Virus record (IMG/VR): IMGVR_UViG_3300029578_000018
DNA: 46,551 nt
Strand: one strand, 5' to 3'
DNA from: a virus
The notes under the pieces were generated by a model. It was not told where the DNA came from. It worked only from the letters and a program-made list of their open reading frames with translations, and ran no database searches. Of this stretch, positions 24,258-33,223 are shown one piece after another (the first letter of the stretch is position 1; every line of letters begins with the position of its first letter). Made by a program: the position numbers and the translations under genes.

Positions 24258-24891
24258 AAGACGCCGCCTCGATGTACTTCTTCTGGAGTTCTTCGGGCGG
24301 TGTTTCTGTCCCAAGGGGATTGTTGGGCGTGAGAACGACCTCTTGTTTGTCGGTCATGCCGAAAAAGTTCTTTGCTCGGAAAATGTATGTAATCTGCGGA
24401 ATTTTCCCCTGTGAGACCAATTTTGCATCGATTCCGGCCAAAATTTGTTTGGCTTTTTTTATCATGCCAGCCCTCACGGGGCCCAGCGATCCCTTTTGCC
24501 AGTCCAAGACCGTTTGAGTTACGGCACCGAGAGCGAGGCACATATCCTCCACTGTGGGGATTTGTCCTTCCTCTACGCACTGTTGGAAATAGTCGTTAAG
24601 CTTATCGGCGCATTCCTCATCGGTTTTTACGCATGACCTTTTGAAGTATTGGAATGACTCCCTAACGATTTGCGAGATCTCTTCATTTGTTGCAGTACAC
24701 CTGGCCGTGACAGACGCTGATGCCGCGCCTCTGGTGTGCGAGATGGCATTCTCTCCTCGTTCTTGTACGATGATCTTGCGGATAGTCGGCTCAGAAAGCC
24801 CGTTTTGTTTTGCCACAGTCGCTATATGCTTACATGCGTCATAGTCGGCAAGGACTTGTTCTCTCATAGTTTGCGTGATTTTACTTGCCAT
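24241..24891 (-). CDS. terS: Terminase small subunit
   Basis: N-terminal HTH (LSEPTIRKI). LNDYFQQCVEEGQIPTVEDMCLALG and ITYIFRAKNFFGMTDKQE match the usual terS C-terminal pattern. Confidence 0.8.
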   Translation of the reverse strand: MASKITQTMREQVLADYDACKHIATVAKQNGLSEPTIRKIIVQERGENAISHTRGAASASVTARCTATNEEISQIVRESFQYFKRSCVKTDEECADKLNDYFQQCVEEGQIPTVEDMCLALGAVTQTVLDWQKGSLGPVRAGMIKKAKQILAGIDAKLVSQGKIPQITYIFRAKNFFGMTDKQEVVLTPNNPLGTETPPEELQKKYIEAASCDYEN

Positions 24892-25018
24892 CTATGTCAC
24901 CTTCTTCCCGTCTTAACATATTTGGGGTGATTTCAAAAAATTCGACACACTCCGGGCACATGACATACGCATCTGCCCGGGCAAATTTATCTTGGTTCCC
25001 GTGCTTAATGATTTTCAT
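24881..25018 (-). CDS. Small ORF (45 aa, MKIIKHGNQDKFARADAYVMCPECVEFFEI...), below the track cutoff
   Basis: Translated by hand. GGGAGA RBS, and an 11-nt overlap with the terS start. Confidence 0.4.
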   Translation of the reverse strand: MKIIKHGNQDKFARADAYVMCPECVEFFEITPNMLRREEGDIDGK

Positions 25019-25107
25019 GGATTCTCCCGCTTATTGTGCCGCGCTCCCACCTCTGCGCTATGTATGGCACAAGTTCACCCGCCCAATTGGGCACTCCTAC
25101 CATCTTT

Positions 25108-25182
25108 TGGAACGGGCGGCTGGAGTCGAACCAGCACATACGGGAGTCAAAGTCCCGTGCCTTACCTTTTGGCTACACCCGC
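25108..25182 (-). tRNA. tRNA-Gln (anticodon UUG), CCA encoded
   Basis: Hand-folded 75-nt cloverleaf. Acceptor GCGGGTG/CGCCCGT, anticodon arm CGGGA-CTTTGAC-TCCCG, T arm GCTGG-TTCGACT-CCAGC. Confidence 0.85.
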
Positions 25183-25359
25183 ATAAAAGCAGACACCCGC
25201 GAGATATCCCGTGAGTGTCTGCATGCCGGTAACGCCCTTGCGGGGCCGCTTGCGCGGAGGCACCCATTACCGGCTGTGCCTTATAACCTATGGAGGAAAG
25301 AAAGAGGATAACAATGAAATTTCGGGTTGTGGGCTGACTGGTTCCACTCTCCGATGATA

Positions 25360-25839
25360 CTATTTTACACCACCTGAAACGTGGTTTGGGGCCACATTTT
25401 CAATAATTTTTGCGTTTTGCGCAATCAGCCACAGGAATTTATCTTTTCGCCGCCGAAACGTGCGCGGGCTTATCCCGGCCGGGGATATCATCTCGATGGG
25501 GTACTGTTTCTGACTGTCGCAGTTTCGCATGATTGCCCATACCAGCTTGCGCCGCACGTTCTCATTGTCAATATCCCGGCCCACGTTTTCTATGGCGTAT
25601 TCCACGGCCCGCATTTTCTTCGTTTCCGGCCAGCTCTCAATGATTGTCAGCCGTTCCGCCTTGCGTTCCGCTATCCTACTGTTGCCGGAGCCATGCGGCA
25701 TACCAGACATGGCATAGGCCGACGACTCCAACACTTCTTCCCGGGCCGCATTGTACGCACGGACCCGGCGGGGATAGCCCCTGACATAGGCGATGCACTC
25801 CATTCGGATATCGTAGGGGAGCGAGTATTTGTTGCTCAT
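25360..25839 (-). CDS. Candidate late-gene transcriptional activator (RinA/sigma-region-4-like)
   Basis: 159 aa, last early-region gene before the tRNA and terS. The family call rests on position and a weak pattern only. Confidence 0.45.
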   Translation of the reverse strand: MSNKYSLPYDIRMECIAYVRGYPRRVRAYNAAREEVLESSAYAMSGMPHGSGNSRIAERKAERLTIIESWPETKKMRAVEYAIENVGRDIDNENVRRKLVWAIMRNCDSQKQYPIEMISPAGISPRTFRRRKDKFLWLIAQNAKIIENVAPNHVSGGVK

Positions 25840-25847
25840 CGTACCTC

Positions 25848-26120
25848 CTATTCCAGCGCCGTCTCAACGCCGTATTCTTTGAGCATCTGCCGGATATCTG
25901 CCCAGGTAACGTACCCTTCCGCCACGCACTGAGCGGCGTGGTTTAGCTCCCCGGCAAGCTGCTGCACATCGTCCATCGGCGCATCGTGCTTATCGATCAG
26001 GACATACAGCATCAGATCTATTCCACGGTTCAGGCCCTCCACAATGCCGTTGCTGTAGGCTTTGTCTACGTCGGCCTGGGTGCGGGGAATTCTTCTGGGG
26101 TTAGTCTTGGGCATGGGCAT
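25848..26120 (-). CDS. Hypothetical protein (start uncertain: 26114, 26120 or 26138)
   Basis: GGAGGGAGG lies next to the ATGs at 26120 and 26114. Confidence 0.55.
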   Translation of the reverse strand: MPMPKTNPRRIPRTQADVDKAYSNGIVEGLNRGIDLMLYVLIDKHDAPMDDVQQLAGELNHAAQCVAEGYVTWADIRQMLKEYGVETALE

Positions 26121-26415
26121 CCTCCCTCCGTCTGCCATTCGCGCACCAGAAATCTGGTGGCACAGGGCAATCCACGCACGGGCCAAATGAACATATCAGA
26201 TCATCCACTGCGTAGTAGCTGTTCTCGCAATCTTTGCACCGCACCACCGGGACGGCATCAACGGTTGGAAGAACATACTTGATTATGTGATGTGCTTCTG
26301 TAAATCCCTCGGCAAGACTATCAAGCTGAGTTTCACCGTTGTGTATCAATTCTTTCGTTTCCTCGTATTCTTCGCCAAACAGTCTCAATACTTCATCAGC
26401 GTCAATCAGCCGCAT
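26101..26415 (-). CDS. Hypothetical Cys-rich phage protein (104 aa, MRLIDADEV...VPVVRCKDC)
   Basis: Start moved to the internal ATG at 26415. This pattern is common in Clostridia-type phages. Confidence 0.6.
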   Translation of the reverse strand: MRLIDADEVLRLFGEEYEETKELIHNGETQLDSLAEGFTEAHHIIKYVLPTVDAVPVVRCKDCENSYYAVDDLICSFGPCVDCPVPPDFWCANGRRREDAHAQD

Positions 26416-26725
26416 CGCTGCCACCTCCGTCCATTTTCGCGCCGCAGTTGGGGCAGTAATTCGACAGAACAAACTCGTCGTTGCAGTCATAAACGGCCTC
26501 CTCTTTGCAGACAGAGCAGATATATCCGCCAATCGGATCTCGTCCTGCAACTGCGGGGTTCCATCCGGTCATTTCGCTTTCGCGAATAGGCATCCACCGC
26601 CCATGCACCACCGGGGCCACATCAGCGGCGGGCTCTGCGAGGATGCATTCCACCGCGCTTCCACACCCGCCGCACCAAACGTTCAAATGCTCAATTGCCG
26701 TGCGGCGCTCAATGTATTCAGCCAT
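26402..26725 (-). CDS. Hypothetical zinc-ribbon protein (107 aa)
   Basis: CGGCG...CSVC...CPNCG motifs. Confidence 0.6.
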   Translation of the reverse strand: MAEYIERRTAIEHLNVWCGGCGSAVECILAEPAADVAPVVHGRWMPIRESEMTGWNPAVAGRDPIGGYICSVCKEEAVYDCNDEFVLSNYCPNCGAKMDGGGSDAAD

Positions 26726-26736
26726 TGTCTGCCCTC

Positions 26737-26928
26737 CTAAAACAGTTGAATGAGCTTTAGACCCTTCTCAAGGTCATGGCTCTTGTCGAACCGTTTTGCA
26801 TCGTCCGCCGTGTGAACGTCCGCCAAGTCCTCACGCGCTTTTGCAACGCGATCACTTAGGGTTTGGAGCTCGGCATCCAATTCTTCGAGAATCGAAAGCA
26901 GTTCATCCCTTTTCTTTTCAACGTCCAT
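26737..26928 (-). CDS. Small coiled-coil protein (63 aa)
   Basis: ORF in the operon, charged and helical. Confidence 0.5.
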   Translation of the reverse strand: MDVEKKRDELLSILEELDAELQTLSDRVAKAREDLADVHTADDAKRFDKSHDLEKGLKLIQLF

Positions 26929-27448
26929 CCTTCATCGCCCCCAATGCGTTCTCCGCCTCCTCGCGGGTGCGGAATACCGTCTTGCCAAATCCGTTTAGCG
27001 ATATGCCATACTCCCGCCCTCTGGCTCCTATTGGCTCAAGGCCAATAAAGCCGATTTTATTGCCCATACCAATCTGCTTGACCTCGCACTCGCTTATATG
27101 CTTATCCGTATCCAGCAAGGCGAACACCCGCTGGCCCACCTTGCACGGCAGTACCACCAGCCGCCCGTCCCTGTCGGCCTTGACCAGTTGGCGGAACCTG
27201 TCCAGTGCCTCGCTGGCTTTCTGCTCACCGATCATGTCCTCCAAAAACACCCAATAGGCGTGGAACTCCTCCGGCGTAAGTCCCGTGTCCTCGTAGGCGG
27301 CGAGGCGGCTCCACGCCGCTTCTTCCCACTTGCAATTCATGGCGCAGTTTCCGCCAACCCCGATGCATTCGGGGCCGCAAAAATGTGTGCAGCAGATACC
27401 GTTTTCGTGCGATGTTTGCTTGCTATGTTTCGTCAGTCGTTCCATCAC
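26918..27448 (-). CDS. Hypothetical Cys-rich phage protein (176 aa)
   Basis: ORF with an LAAYEDTGLTPEE motif common in phage early regions. Confidence 0.6.
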   Translation of the reverse strand: MMERLTKHSKQTSHENGICCTHFCGPECIGVGGNCAMNCKWEEAAWSRLAAYEDTGLTPEEFHAYWVFLEDMIGEQKASEALDRFRQLVKADRDGRLVVLPCKVGQRVFALLDTDKHISECEVKQIGMGNKIGFIGLEPIGARGREYGISLNGFGKTVFRTREEAENALGAMKDGR

Positions 27449-27696
27449 TACATCTCCTCCTCAAGCATCTCCTTGATTTTCCCGATGTTCTCCCGGATGA
27501 TATCCATGGTCACATCGCTCTGGATATTGTGCGCAAACACGGCCTTATCCGTTGCATCTGCGTTGTAATATCCGGTAAAAACGGTCCCATCCGGCGTTTT
27601 TCCTGCAATGCACATGCGTTCCGCCCCGATATCCACTACCGTTCTCAGGGAGTTTTCCAGCCATTCGGCCCAGGGCTGGCGTGTGATATCGTTCAT
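27448..27696 (-). CDS. Hypothetical protein (82 aa)
   Basis: ORF tightly packed in the operon. Confidence 0.55.
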   Translation of the reverse strand: MNDITRQPWAEWLENSLRTVVDIGAERMCIAGKTPDGTVFTGYYNADATDKAVFAHNIQSDVTMDIIRENIGKIKEMLEEEM

Positions 27697-28011
27697 TCAC
27701 TCCACCTCCTGCATCCAAAACTCGCGGCAGCAGCCGAGGCATCCAGCAGAACGATTCAAATCGCAGATATAATTTTTGTCAACATTTCTTGGGCACATCC
27801 CAACAACGCCATCATCGCCCATCATGCAGTTAGGCCACTGCGCTAATAACACGCTCTGCCGCGTCTTGCGCGGGTGCGCAGTTGCCCATTCTTCCACTTC
27901 TCGGACCACTTCTTCTGCCGGAGTGTCCATGTAAAACATGCTGTTCTTAGGATGTTCGCCCGTCCGGGCAAACATCCGGCGTTGCTCTTTCACAAACCTT
28001 ACAGCGTCCAT
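27697..28011 (-). CDS. Hypothetical Cys-rich protein (104 aa)
   Basis: ORF tightly packed in the operon. Confidence 0.55.
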   Translation of the reverse strand: MDAVRFVKEQRRMFARTGEHPKNSMFYMDTPAEEVVREVEEWATAHPRKTRQSVLLAQWPNCMMGDDGVVGMCPRNVDKNYICDLNRSAGCLGCCREFWMQEVE

Positions 28012-28012
28012 A

Positions 28013-28411
28013 TCATTCTCCTTTTTCCAGCATATCAGCCGCCGTTCTTAAATCATCCGGTAGCATAATAGGTACTTCGTAGATATTCGCATCGGCCCAT
28101 TCTGCATATTCGCGCAGGGTTTCGGCAATTTCTTTATGTGATGGCTTCACGGGGCCTCCTTTCACACCGCCACACGGGATGGGGAATCCAAGCCCCTGCA
28201 CGTTGGCGATTGGGATAGGGCGCAGGATAGCAGCCACCTCCTGGCTCGCCCGCCTGTTCCATTTCTCAATAACCAGTTTCCGGCTGTTGTATGTGCCTGT
28301 GTTGCAGAAACACTTCATGCACCGAACGTAGAACCGCGTTGTTGTCAGCCCCCACTCTTCAAACGCTCTTGCCTCGCCCCCGCAGAACGGGCAATATTTA
28401 AGCTCCTGCAT
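28013..28411 (-). CDS. Lar-like restriction-alleviation protein with a C-terminal extension
   Basis: KYCPFCGGEA...VRCMKCFCNTG...VIEKWNRRA matches the Lar family pattern. The start is set at ATG 28411. Confidence 0.6.
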   Translation of the reverse strand: MQELKYCPFCGGEARAFEEWGLTTTRFYVRCMKCFCNTGTYNSRKLVIEKWNRRASQEVAAILRPIPIANVQGLGFPIPCGGVKGGPVKPSHKEIAETLREYAEWADANIYEVPIMLPDDLRTAADMLEKGE

Positions 28412-29789
28412 TCCATTCGCCCTCCCGCACCTGGAATGCATCGCCGAGCTGCACCGTCTCCGGGAAATTGTGCTGCGTGGTCTGAATGGCGTACTTGTCG
28501 ATCTCGGTTGCGTAGTATCTGAGCAACCACGGCTGTACGCCCAGCTTGTCCAGGGCGATATGGCCGCAGCTCATTCCGTCGTACATCGACAGCACTTCCA
28601 CCGGCTCCGCCGTCAGCCCTTCGAAGTGGCTCATAATGTGGGCGATCACATCCACCGTCCAACCGTTGCCCAGCATCTTGTAGGCTTGGCTGTCGCTCAC
28701 CGGGAAAACATACTCCTCCGGCACGGTCTGGAGGCGCATACACTCGCGGACCGTCAGTTTGCGAATGATGTAGCAACCGTCTCGCAGTTTGATTGGGTAC
28801 TCCTTGCCCTTGACGGTGATACGCCCATCCCGTACCTGATAGATTGGCATATCCTGCGTCCCGCAATATTCGTACATTTCGCAAGATGTCGTCAGACAGT
28901 CGCTTTTCTCCCGCATGGCGCGGCCCCGGCGGGCCTTGCTCCCCGGCATAGCAAGGTCTACACACTCGCCCGGTGCGATGTCCACATACCCCTGCTTTGT
29001 CGCCTCTCGTACCCGCACCGGCACGGCGTAAAGCCCGGTTTTTGCGCCCACGCCCCCACCATTCCCGCACAAAGTCACACTCTTACCGTCCGGTGAATAA
29101 ACACGGTATTGTTGGCTGTCTTGCTTTTTGTCTTTCGCGTCGTTTTCAATGGTGCCGATACGGACAGGCACGGCTATGCAGTCGTATTGCTGCTTCGCGG
29201 GGTTCGGATTGTTTATCCTCGGCACAAGGTTGTTTTCGAGTTTTCCCATGTGTGCGTCAGCGGTTCGTGCTTTTCCGTTTTCCATTCCATTGACGATGAT
29301 TGGCTCCGCCGCACCGTTAAAACTGAATTTTCCGGGTTCTTTTATGGTCTTAATCACGGAGGACAGCCCTCCATGCGGGCCATGCGACGCCCGAAGGGTA
29401 TATGCTTTTTCTCTCCACGCAATGCCCGTTTCCAGAATGTCCCGTAACAGGATTCCCCTGTCCTCCGGTTGCTCAACACGGACTTGACTGTATGTACCGT
29501 CCGGGTTCCGTCTGCCAACCCAGTAAATGCGCTGTCGGTTCTGTGCGGAAACCAAAGCAGAGTTGATAAGCACCGGCTCCACGCCCAACTCTGCCGTGAT
29601 CTGCGCCCGGATGGCGGGAGACATGGATTTGTTGTTCTCATACAAAAAATAGTCCGGCTTGTACTTATCCCGAGCGATCCGGTAATTCAAAAACAGTTCC
29701 CAGCCGATGCCCTCCGCCGTCGTCTCGCGGTGTTTGGTCTGGGAGATACTCCAATGGGTGCAGGGGCTTCCGCCGATAAGCAATTTCAT
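28398..29789 (-). CDS. DNA (cytosine-5)-methyltransferase with permuted motif order (IV-X, then I-III)
   Basis: GGSPCTHWS (IV) at aa 6-14, YENN (VI), QNRQR (VIII), LTVRECMRLQTVP (IX) and LGNGWTV (X). LSMYDGMSCG (I), ATEID (II) and QLGD (III) follow at aa 399-452. Confidence 0.8.
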   Translation of the reverse strand: MKLLIGGSPCTHWSISQTKHRETTAEGIGWELFLNYRIARDKYKPDYFLYENNKSMSPAIRAQITAELGVEPVLINSALVSAQNRQRIYWVGRRNPDGTYSQVRVEQPEDRGILLRDILETGIAWREKAYTLRASHGPHGGLSSVIKTIKEPGKFSFNGAAEPIIVNGMENGKARTADAHMGKLENNLVPRINNPNPAKQQYDCIAVPVRIGTIENDAKDKKQDSQQYRVYSPDGKSVTLCGNGGGVGAKTGLYAVPVRVREATKQGYVDIAPGECVDLAMPGSKARRGRAMREKSDCLTTSCEMYEYCGTQDMPIYQVRDGRITVKGKEYPIKLRDGCYIIRKLTVRECMRLQTVPEEYVFPVSDSQAYKMLGNGWTVDVIAHIMSHFEGLTAEPVEVLSMYDGMSCGHIALDKLGVQPWLLRYYATEIDKYAIQTTQHNFPETVQLGDAFQVREGEWNAGA

Positions 29790-32290
29790 CGTTTTTCACC
29801 CCCCATCAGGTCGAAAAGCGAAATGTTCATGTCCTCCTGCTCGTACTCCTTGAGATAGCCCACAGCATCGCGGAAATACCCGTTGTTCAGCTCGATGGTA
29901 TACCCGCGCCGCCCGGCCTTCATCGCCTCCAGGGCGACAGTGCCAAGTCCGCCGAAGGGGTCCAGGACCAATTCCCCGGGATTGCTGTAGCGATTGATAA
30001 GCCGGTCTACAATATCCAACTGGAGCGGGCAAACGTGCATCTGCTGGCGGCGCTGGCTCTGCGTGGTGTTTAAGGTTCGCATGCGGTTGATATCGTCCCA
30101 TACCTGATCTGTCCAACTCCCAGGCGCTACCACCATAAACGTGGCCGGGAGCTTGTCCTCTGCGTCCAGTTCTTTCGCCATGCGGACATGTTCCGCGTAA
30201 TCGTACACGGTCCCTCGGCTGTACTCCCGGTATGCCGCCTGGATTTTGCCGGTGTCCATGGCCATGATCTCTTCTTTGGTCATGAGCCGGTCGCCAGATG
30301 AGCGCCAGAACCCGTGCGCGTCAATCTGCCACTGTGCCCGGGTGTATTCGTCCTTGCCCTTTACCACCTTTTCGTCTGCGTAAGCCTTGCTGCGGTCCGT
30401 AGGCAGCTTGCGGAACAGAAGAATGTATTCCGGGCAGCCCACCCCCATCTTTGAGCCGTCCTTGCACTGCTCCGTCCAGCCCAGCCGGTATGTCTGGTTG
30501 TTCTCTCGCACCACGTCCGTCACAACGGTGATCATGCCGAAATACGCAAACCCGTGCTGCATGTAATGCCGGATGCACATCGCGTGGAACGGTTCCATGG
30601 TTGGCATTCCCATCCCGGTGGCGTTGCCGAACAGCACCCGGTCCTTGACGTGGCAGCAGAACACACGCCCGGGCTTCAACACCCGCAGCAGGTTGGGAGT
30701 CAGATAGCCCATCTGCTCGAAAAAACGCTTGGTGTCCTCGTTGTGTCCGAAATCGTTGTAACTGGGCGTGTACTCATAGTGGTTGGAAAACGGGATACTG
30801 GTCACAATAAGGTCCACGCTGTTTTCCGCTATCTTCGCCGTTTCCTCTACGCAGTCGTTATTCACGGCGATGAAATTCTTTCCCTTGATTTCCACTCTTT
30901 CAACTCCTATGCTCCGGCTCATTTTCTCCGTCTGTGCCTCACCGGAAAGCCCGTATTTCTGGACGATCTCCCGCATTCGTGCCTGCATGTCGTTGTGTTG
31001 CTTCCACTTCTGCATCAGGACAAGGTAGATGGGGTCCTCCGCTTCTGTGTAGATGATGTCGATAATCACCTGTTCCGTTTGCAGGAACCTGTAAATTCGG
31101 TGGATTGCCTGAATGAAATCGTTGAACTCATAGTCAATCCCAATGAAGATAGCCCGGTGGCAGTGCCTCTGGAAATTGCACCCGGAGCCGGACAGGCTCT
31201 TTTTCGTTGCAAACAGTCGCGTTCGCCCTTCCGAAAAATCTATTACCCGGCGCTCTCGCTCGTCGTAGTCCATACTACCGAAGATGTCCACGGTTTCCGG
31301 CAGGGCTTTCTTGATTTCGTGGCGCTCCGCTTCCAGATCATGCCACAGGACGAAATGCGCTTCGGGGTCGCTGTCTACGATTTCTTTGGCTACGGCGACG
31401 CGCCGCTGAATGCTGTCACGCTTCTCACGCGCGGCCTCCGCCAGGGAGGTTGCCGCGTCGTTCATCAGCTTGTACTGCCCATCCCGGTCCGTTTCTGTGC
31501 CATAGTCGTCCGGAACGATATGCACCCGGACGTCAAGCGGGGGTAGGTCATATCCGGTATCGTCATATCCTAAATCGGAGGGCTTCCCCACGAACAGCGC
31601 CCACGAGGATACCCAGAGCCAGAACTCATCTTCTTTGTGCGGGTACAGGGTAAGGTTGTTTGCCTTGGTGCTGTCGCGCTGGAAAAAACGTGTCAGGGCC
31701 TGCCCCGTGTCCATGATCTCCAGATATCCAGCATAGTGGATAAGCTCCTTGTACCGGTTGGGTGACGGTGTGGCCGTGCAGACCAGTTTATACTTCACGC
31801 CCCGGAACTTGGGCAGGAAGGTTTGATATGTCTTGCTCCCAAAGCTGCGCAGCACGGACGCTTCATCCAGCGCTACGGCCGTGAACTGCGTCGGGTCGAT
31901 GTCGCCGTCACGGACACGCTCATAGTTTGTCATGACGATCTCAGCATCTGTTTCGGCCAGGTCCTGCATTTTGGTGATATACACCGGAGCCGGATAGCCC
32001 AAGATCTTTTCGGCGTCACGGGCAAACTCCTGCCGCACCCCCAGCGGGAGCACGATCAGCGCCCTGCCTCCATCGTGTGCCACCGCCTGGTGGCAAAATT
32101 CGATTTCCTGCACCGTTTTACCCAGGCCGAACGACTGGAACAGCGCCCGCCGTCCGCCTCGCAGTGCCCAGATTACAGAATCCCACTGGTGCGGTTTCAG
32201 GGCCGGGTTGATCTTTCCCGGGTCAACGTCGAATCCGCTTTTCTTGGCCAAGACGATCTTGGATTTCAGAAATTCCAGATATGTTTCCAT
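29786..32290 (-). CDS. SNF2/DEAD-type helicase fused to a beta-class N6/N4 DNA methyltransferase
   Basis: GLGKT (aa 55-59), DEAS and a helicase-C region. These are followed by DLIVTSIPFS (motif IV variant, nt 30788..30799) and LDPFGGLGT (motif I) near the C-terminus. Confidence 0.8.
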   Translation of the reverse strand: METYLEFLKSKIVLAKKSGFDVDPGKINPALKPHQWDSVIWALRGGRRALFQSFGLGKTVQEIEFCHQAVAHDGGRALIVLPLGVRQEFARDAEKILGYPAPVYITKMQDLAETDAEIVMTNYERVRDGDIDPTQFTAVALDEASVLRSFGSKTYQTFLPKFRGVKYKLVCTATPSPNRYKELIHYAGYLEIMDTGQALTRFFQRDSTKANNLTLYPHKEDEFWLWVSSWALFVGKPSDLGYDDTGYDLPPLDVRVHIVPDDYGTETDRDGQYKLMNDAATSLAEAAREKRDSIQRRVAVAKEIVDSDPEAHFVLWHDLEAERHEIKKALPETVDIFGSMDYDERERRVIDFSEGRTRLFATKKSLSGSGCNFQRHCHRAIFIGIDYEFNDFIQAIHRIYRFLQTEQVIIDIIYTEAEDPIYLVLMQKWKQHNDMQARMREIVQKYGLSGEAQTEKMSRSIGVERVEIKGKNFIAVNNDCVEETAKIAENSVDLIVTSIPFSNHYEYTPSYNDFGHNEDTKRFFEQMGYLTPNLLRVLKPGRVFCCHVKDRVLFGNATGMGMPTMEPFHAMCIRHYMQHGFAYFGMITVVTDVVRENNQTYRLGWTEQCKDGSKMGVGCPEYILLFRKLPTDRSKAYADEKVVKGKDEYTRAQWQIDAHGFWRSSGDRLMTKEEIMAMDTGKIQAAYREYSRGTVYDYAEHVRMAKELDAEDKLPATFMVVAPGSWTDQVWDDINRMRTLNTTQSQRRQQMHVCPLQLDIVDRLINRYSNPGELVLDPFGGLGTVALEAMKAGRRGYTIELNNGYFRDAVGYLKEYEQEDMNISLFDLMGGEKR

Positions 32291-32294
32291 CGTC

Positions 32295-32855
32295 TCACCA
32301 TTCCACCGTCACTTTTCCGCTCTCCGGCACCGCTACCCGCAGGAACATCGCCAGGTCCGTAAAATTGGTATAGTTAAACTCCATACGGGCATGCTCCAGG
32401 ATCAATCTCTTCCCGGATTCCTGAGCCTTAGGTTCTTCGGCGGGCGTCTCTGCGGCAGTCTGCTGTTCGGCGTTCGCCCACTCTGCAACCTTCCGGTTCC
32501 ACAGTAGCAAATTCCCATTTCCGCGCACAAACGGTGTCCCGGCGGCTTTTGCGGCGGCTCTTATGGTCGCGCTTGCCGCGCCCATTTCATCTGCCAGCCA
32601 GCTTGCAGTAACGCCAAAGCTCTGCATGTTGCGAAAGAACTCGCGTTTCAGGTCCTCCGGCAGTTCCTTGAACTTCGGCCACAGCATGGGCCGGGTGATG
32701 TTGTAGCTTTTCACTTCTCCATTTTTCTCCCTTCTTTGTTTCGCGGTCAGGTTGTCGCTGGGCAGCGTACACCCGCCGCGCTTTCGGCTGATATGCGCAA
32801 ACGCGCCTCGCGCAGTGCGCTTTTTCTGCATGCAATCGTAGTCAAAGTCATTCAT
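32295..32855 (-). CDS. Hypothetical protein (186 aa)
   Basis: Start moved to ATG 32855 (MNDFDYD...). It overlaps the 3' end of rusA by 8 nt. Confidence 0.55.
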   Translation of the reverse strand: MNDFDYDCMQKKRTARGAFAHISRKRGGCTLPSDNLTAKQRREKNGEVKSYNITRPMLWPKFKELPEDLKREFFRNMQSFGVTASWLADEMGAASATIRAAAKAAGTPFVRGNGNLLLWNRKVAEWANAEQQTAAETPAEEPKAQESGKRLILEHARMEFNYTNFTDLAMFLRVAVPESGKVTVEW

Positions 32856-33216
32856 ACCGGCTGATATACACCTCCGTCCGGGGGTTTTCCTTGTCGTACA
32901 GAACCCGGCTCCCGTCGTGCGACACGATGATACTGCTGTTGTCATCCGACAGGGTCCCGGCATACACCAGGATGTCGTCGATAGCCTCCAACAGGTTGGT
33001 TAAGTCCACCTTGCGCCGGGTGGGCATATAAAACAGGCACTTAACCTCCACCGGTTCTGCGATGGTCTCGCCGCCCTTGCAATGCCATGCGGCGGCCTGC
33101 TGGTACGTCTCGTACTGTGCGGACGGCAACACCATCGGCGCACCATACCGCCCTCGCACAATGCGCTGGTGATTTTTCTTGGTCACAGGGGGCAGGGGAA
33201 TAACGATCTTTTTCAT
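32848..33216 (-). CDS. rusA: RusA-family Holliday junction resolvase
   Basis: LPPVTKKNH...CLFYMPTRRKVDLTNLLEAIDDIL...LSDDNSSII matches the RusA pattern. Confidence 0.8.
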   Translation of the reverse strand: MKKIVIPLPPVTKKNHQRIVRGRYGAPMVLPSAQYETYQQAAAWHCKGGETIAEPVEVKCLFYMPTRRKVDLTNLLEAIDDILVYAGTLSDDNSSIIVSHDGSRVLYDKENPRTEVYISRYE

Positions 33217-33223
33217 GTCACCC

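Noticed and set aside
25108-25182. Suppressor tRNA or stop-codon recoding
   Set aside because: The anticodon is UUG (standard Gln). All large genes are open under the standard code with normal stops.
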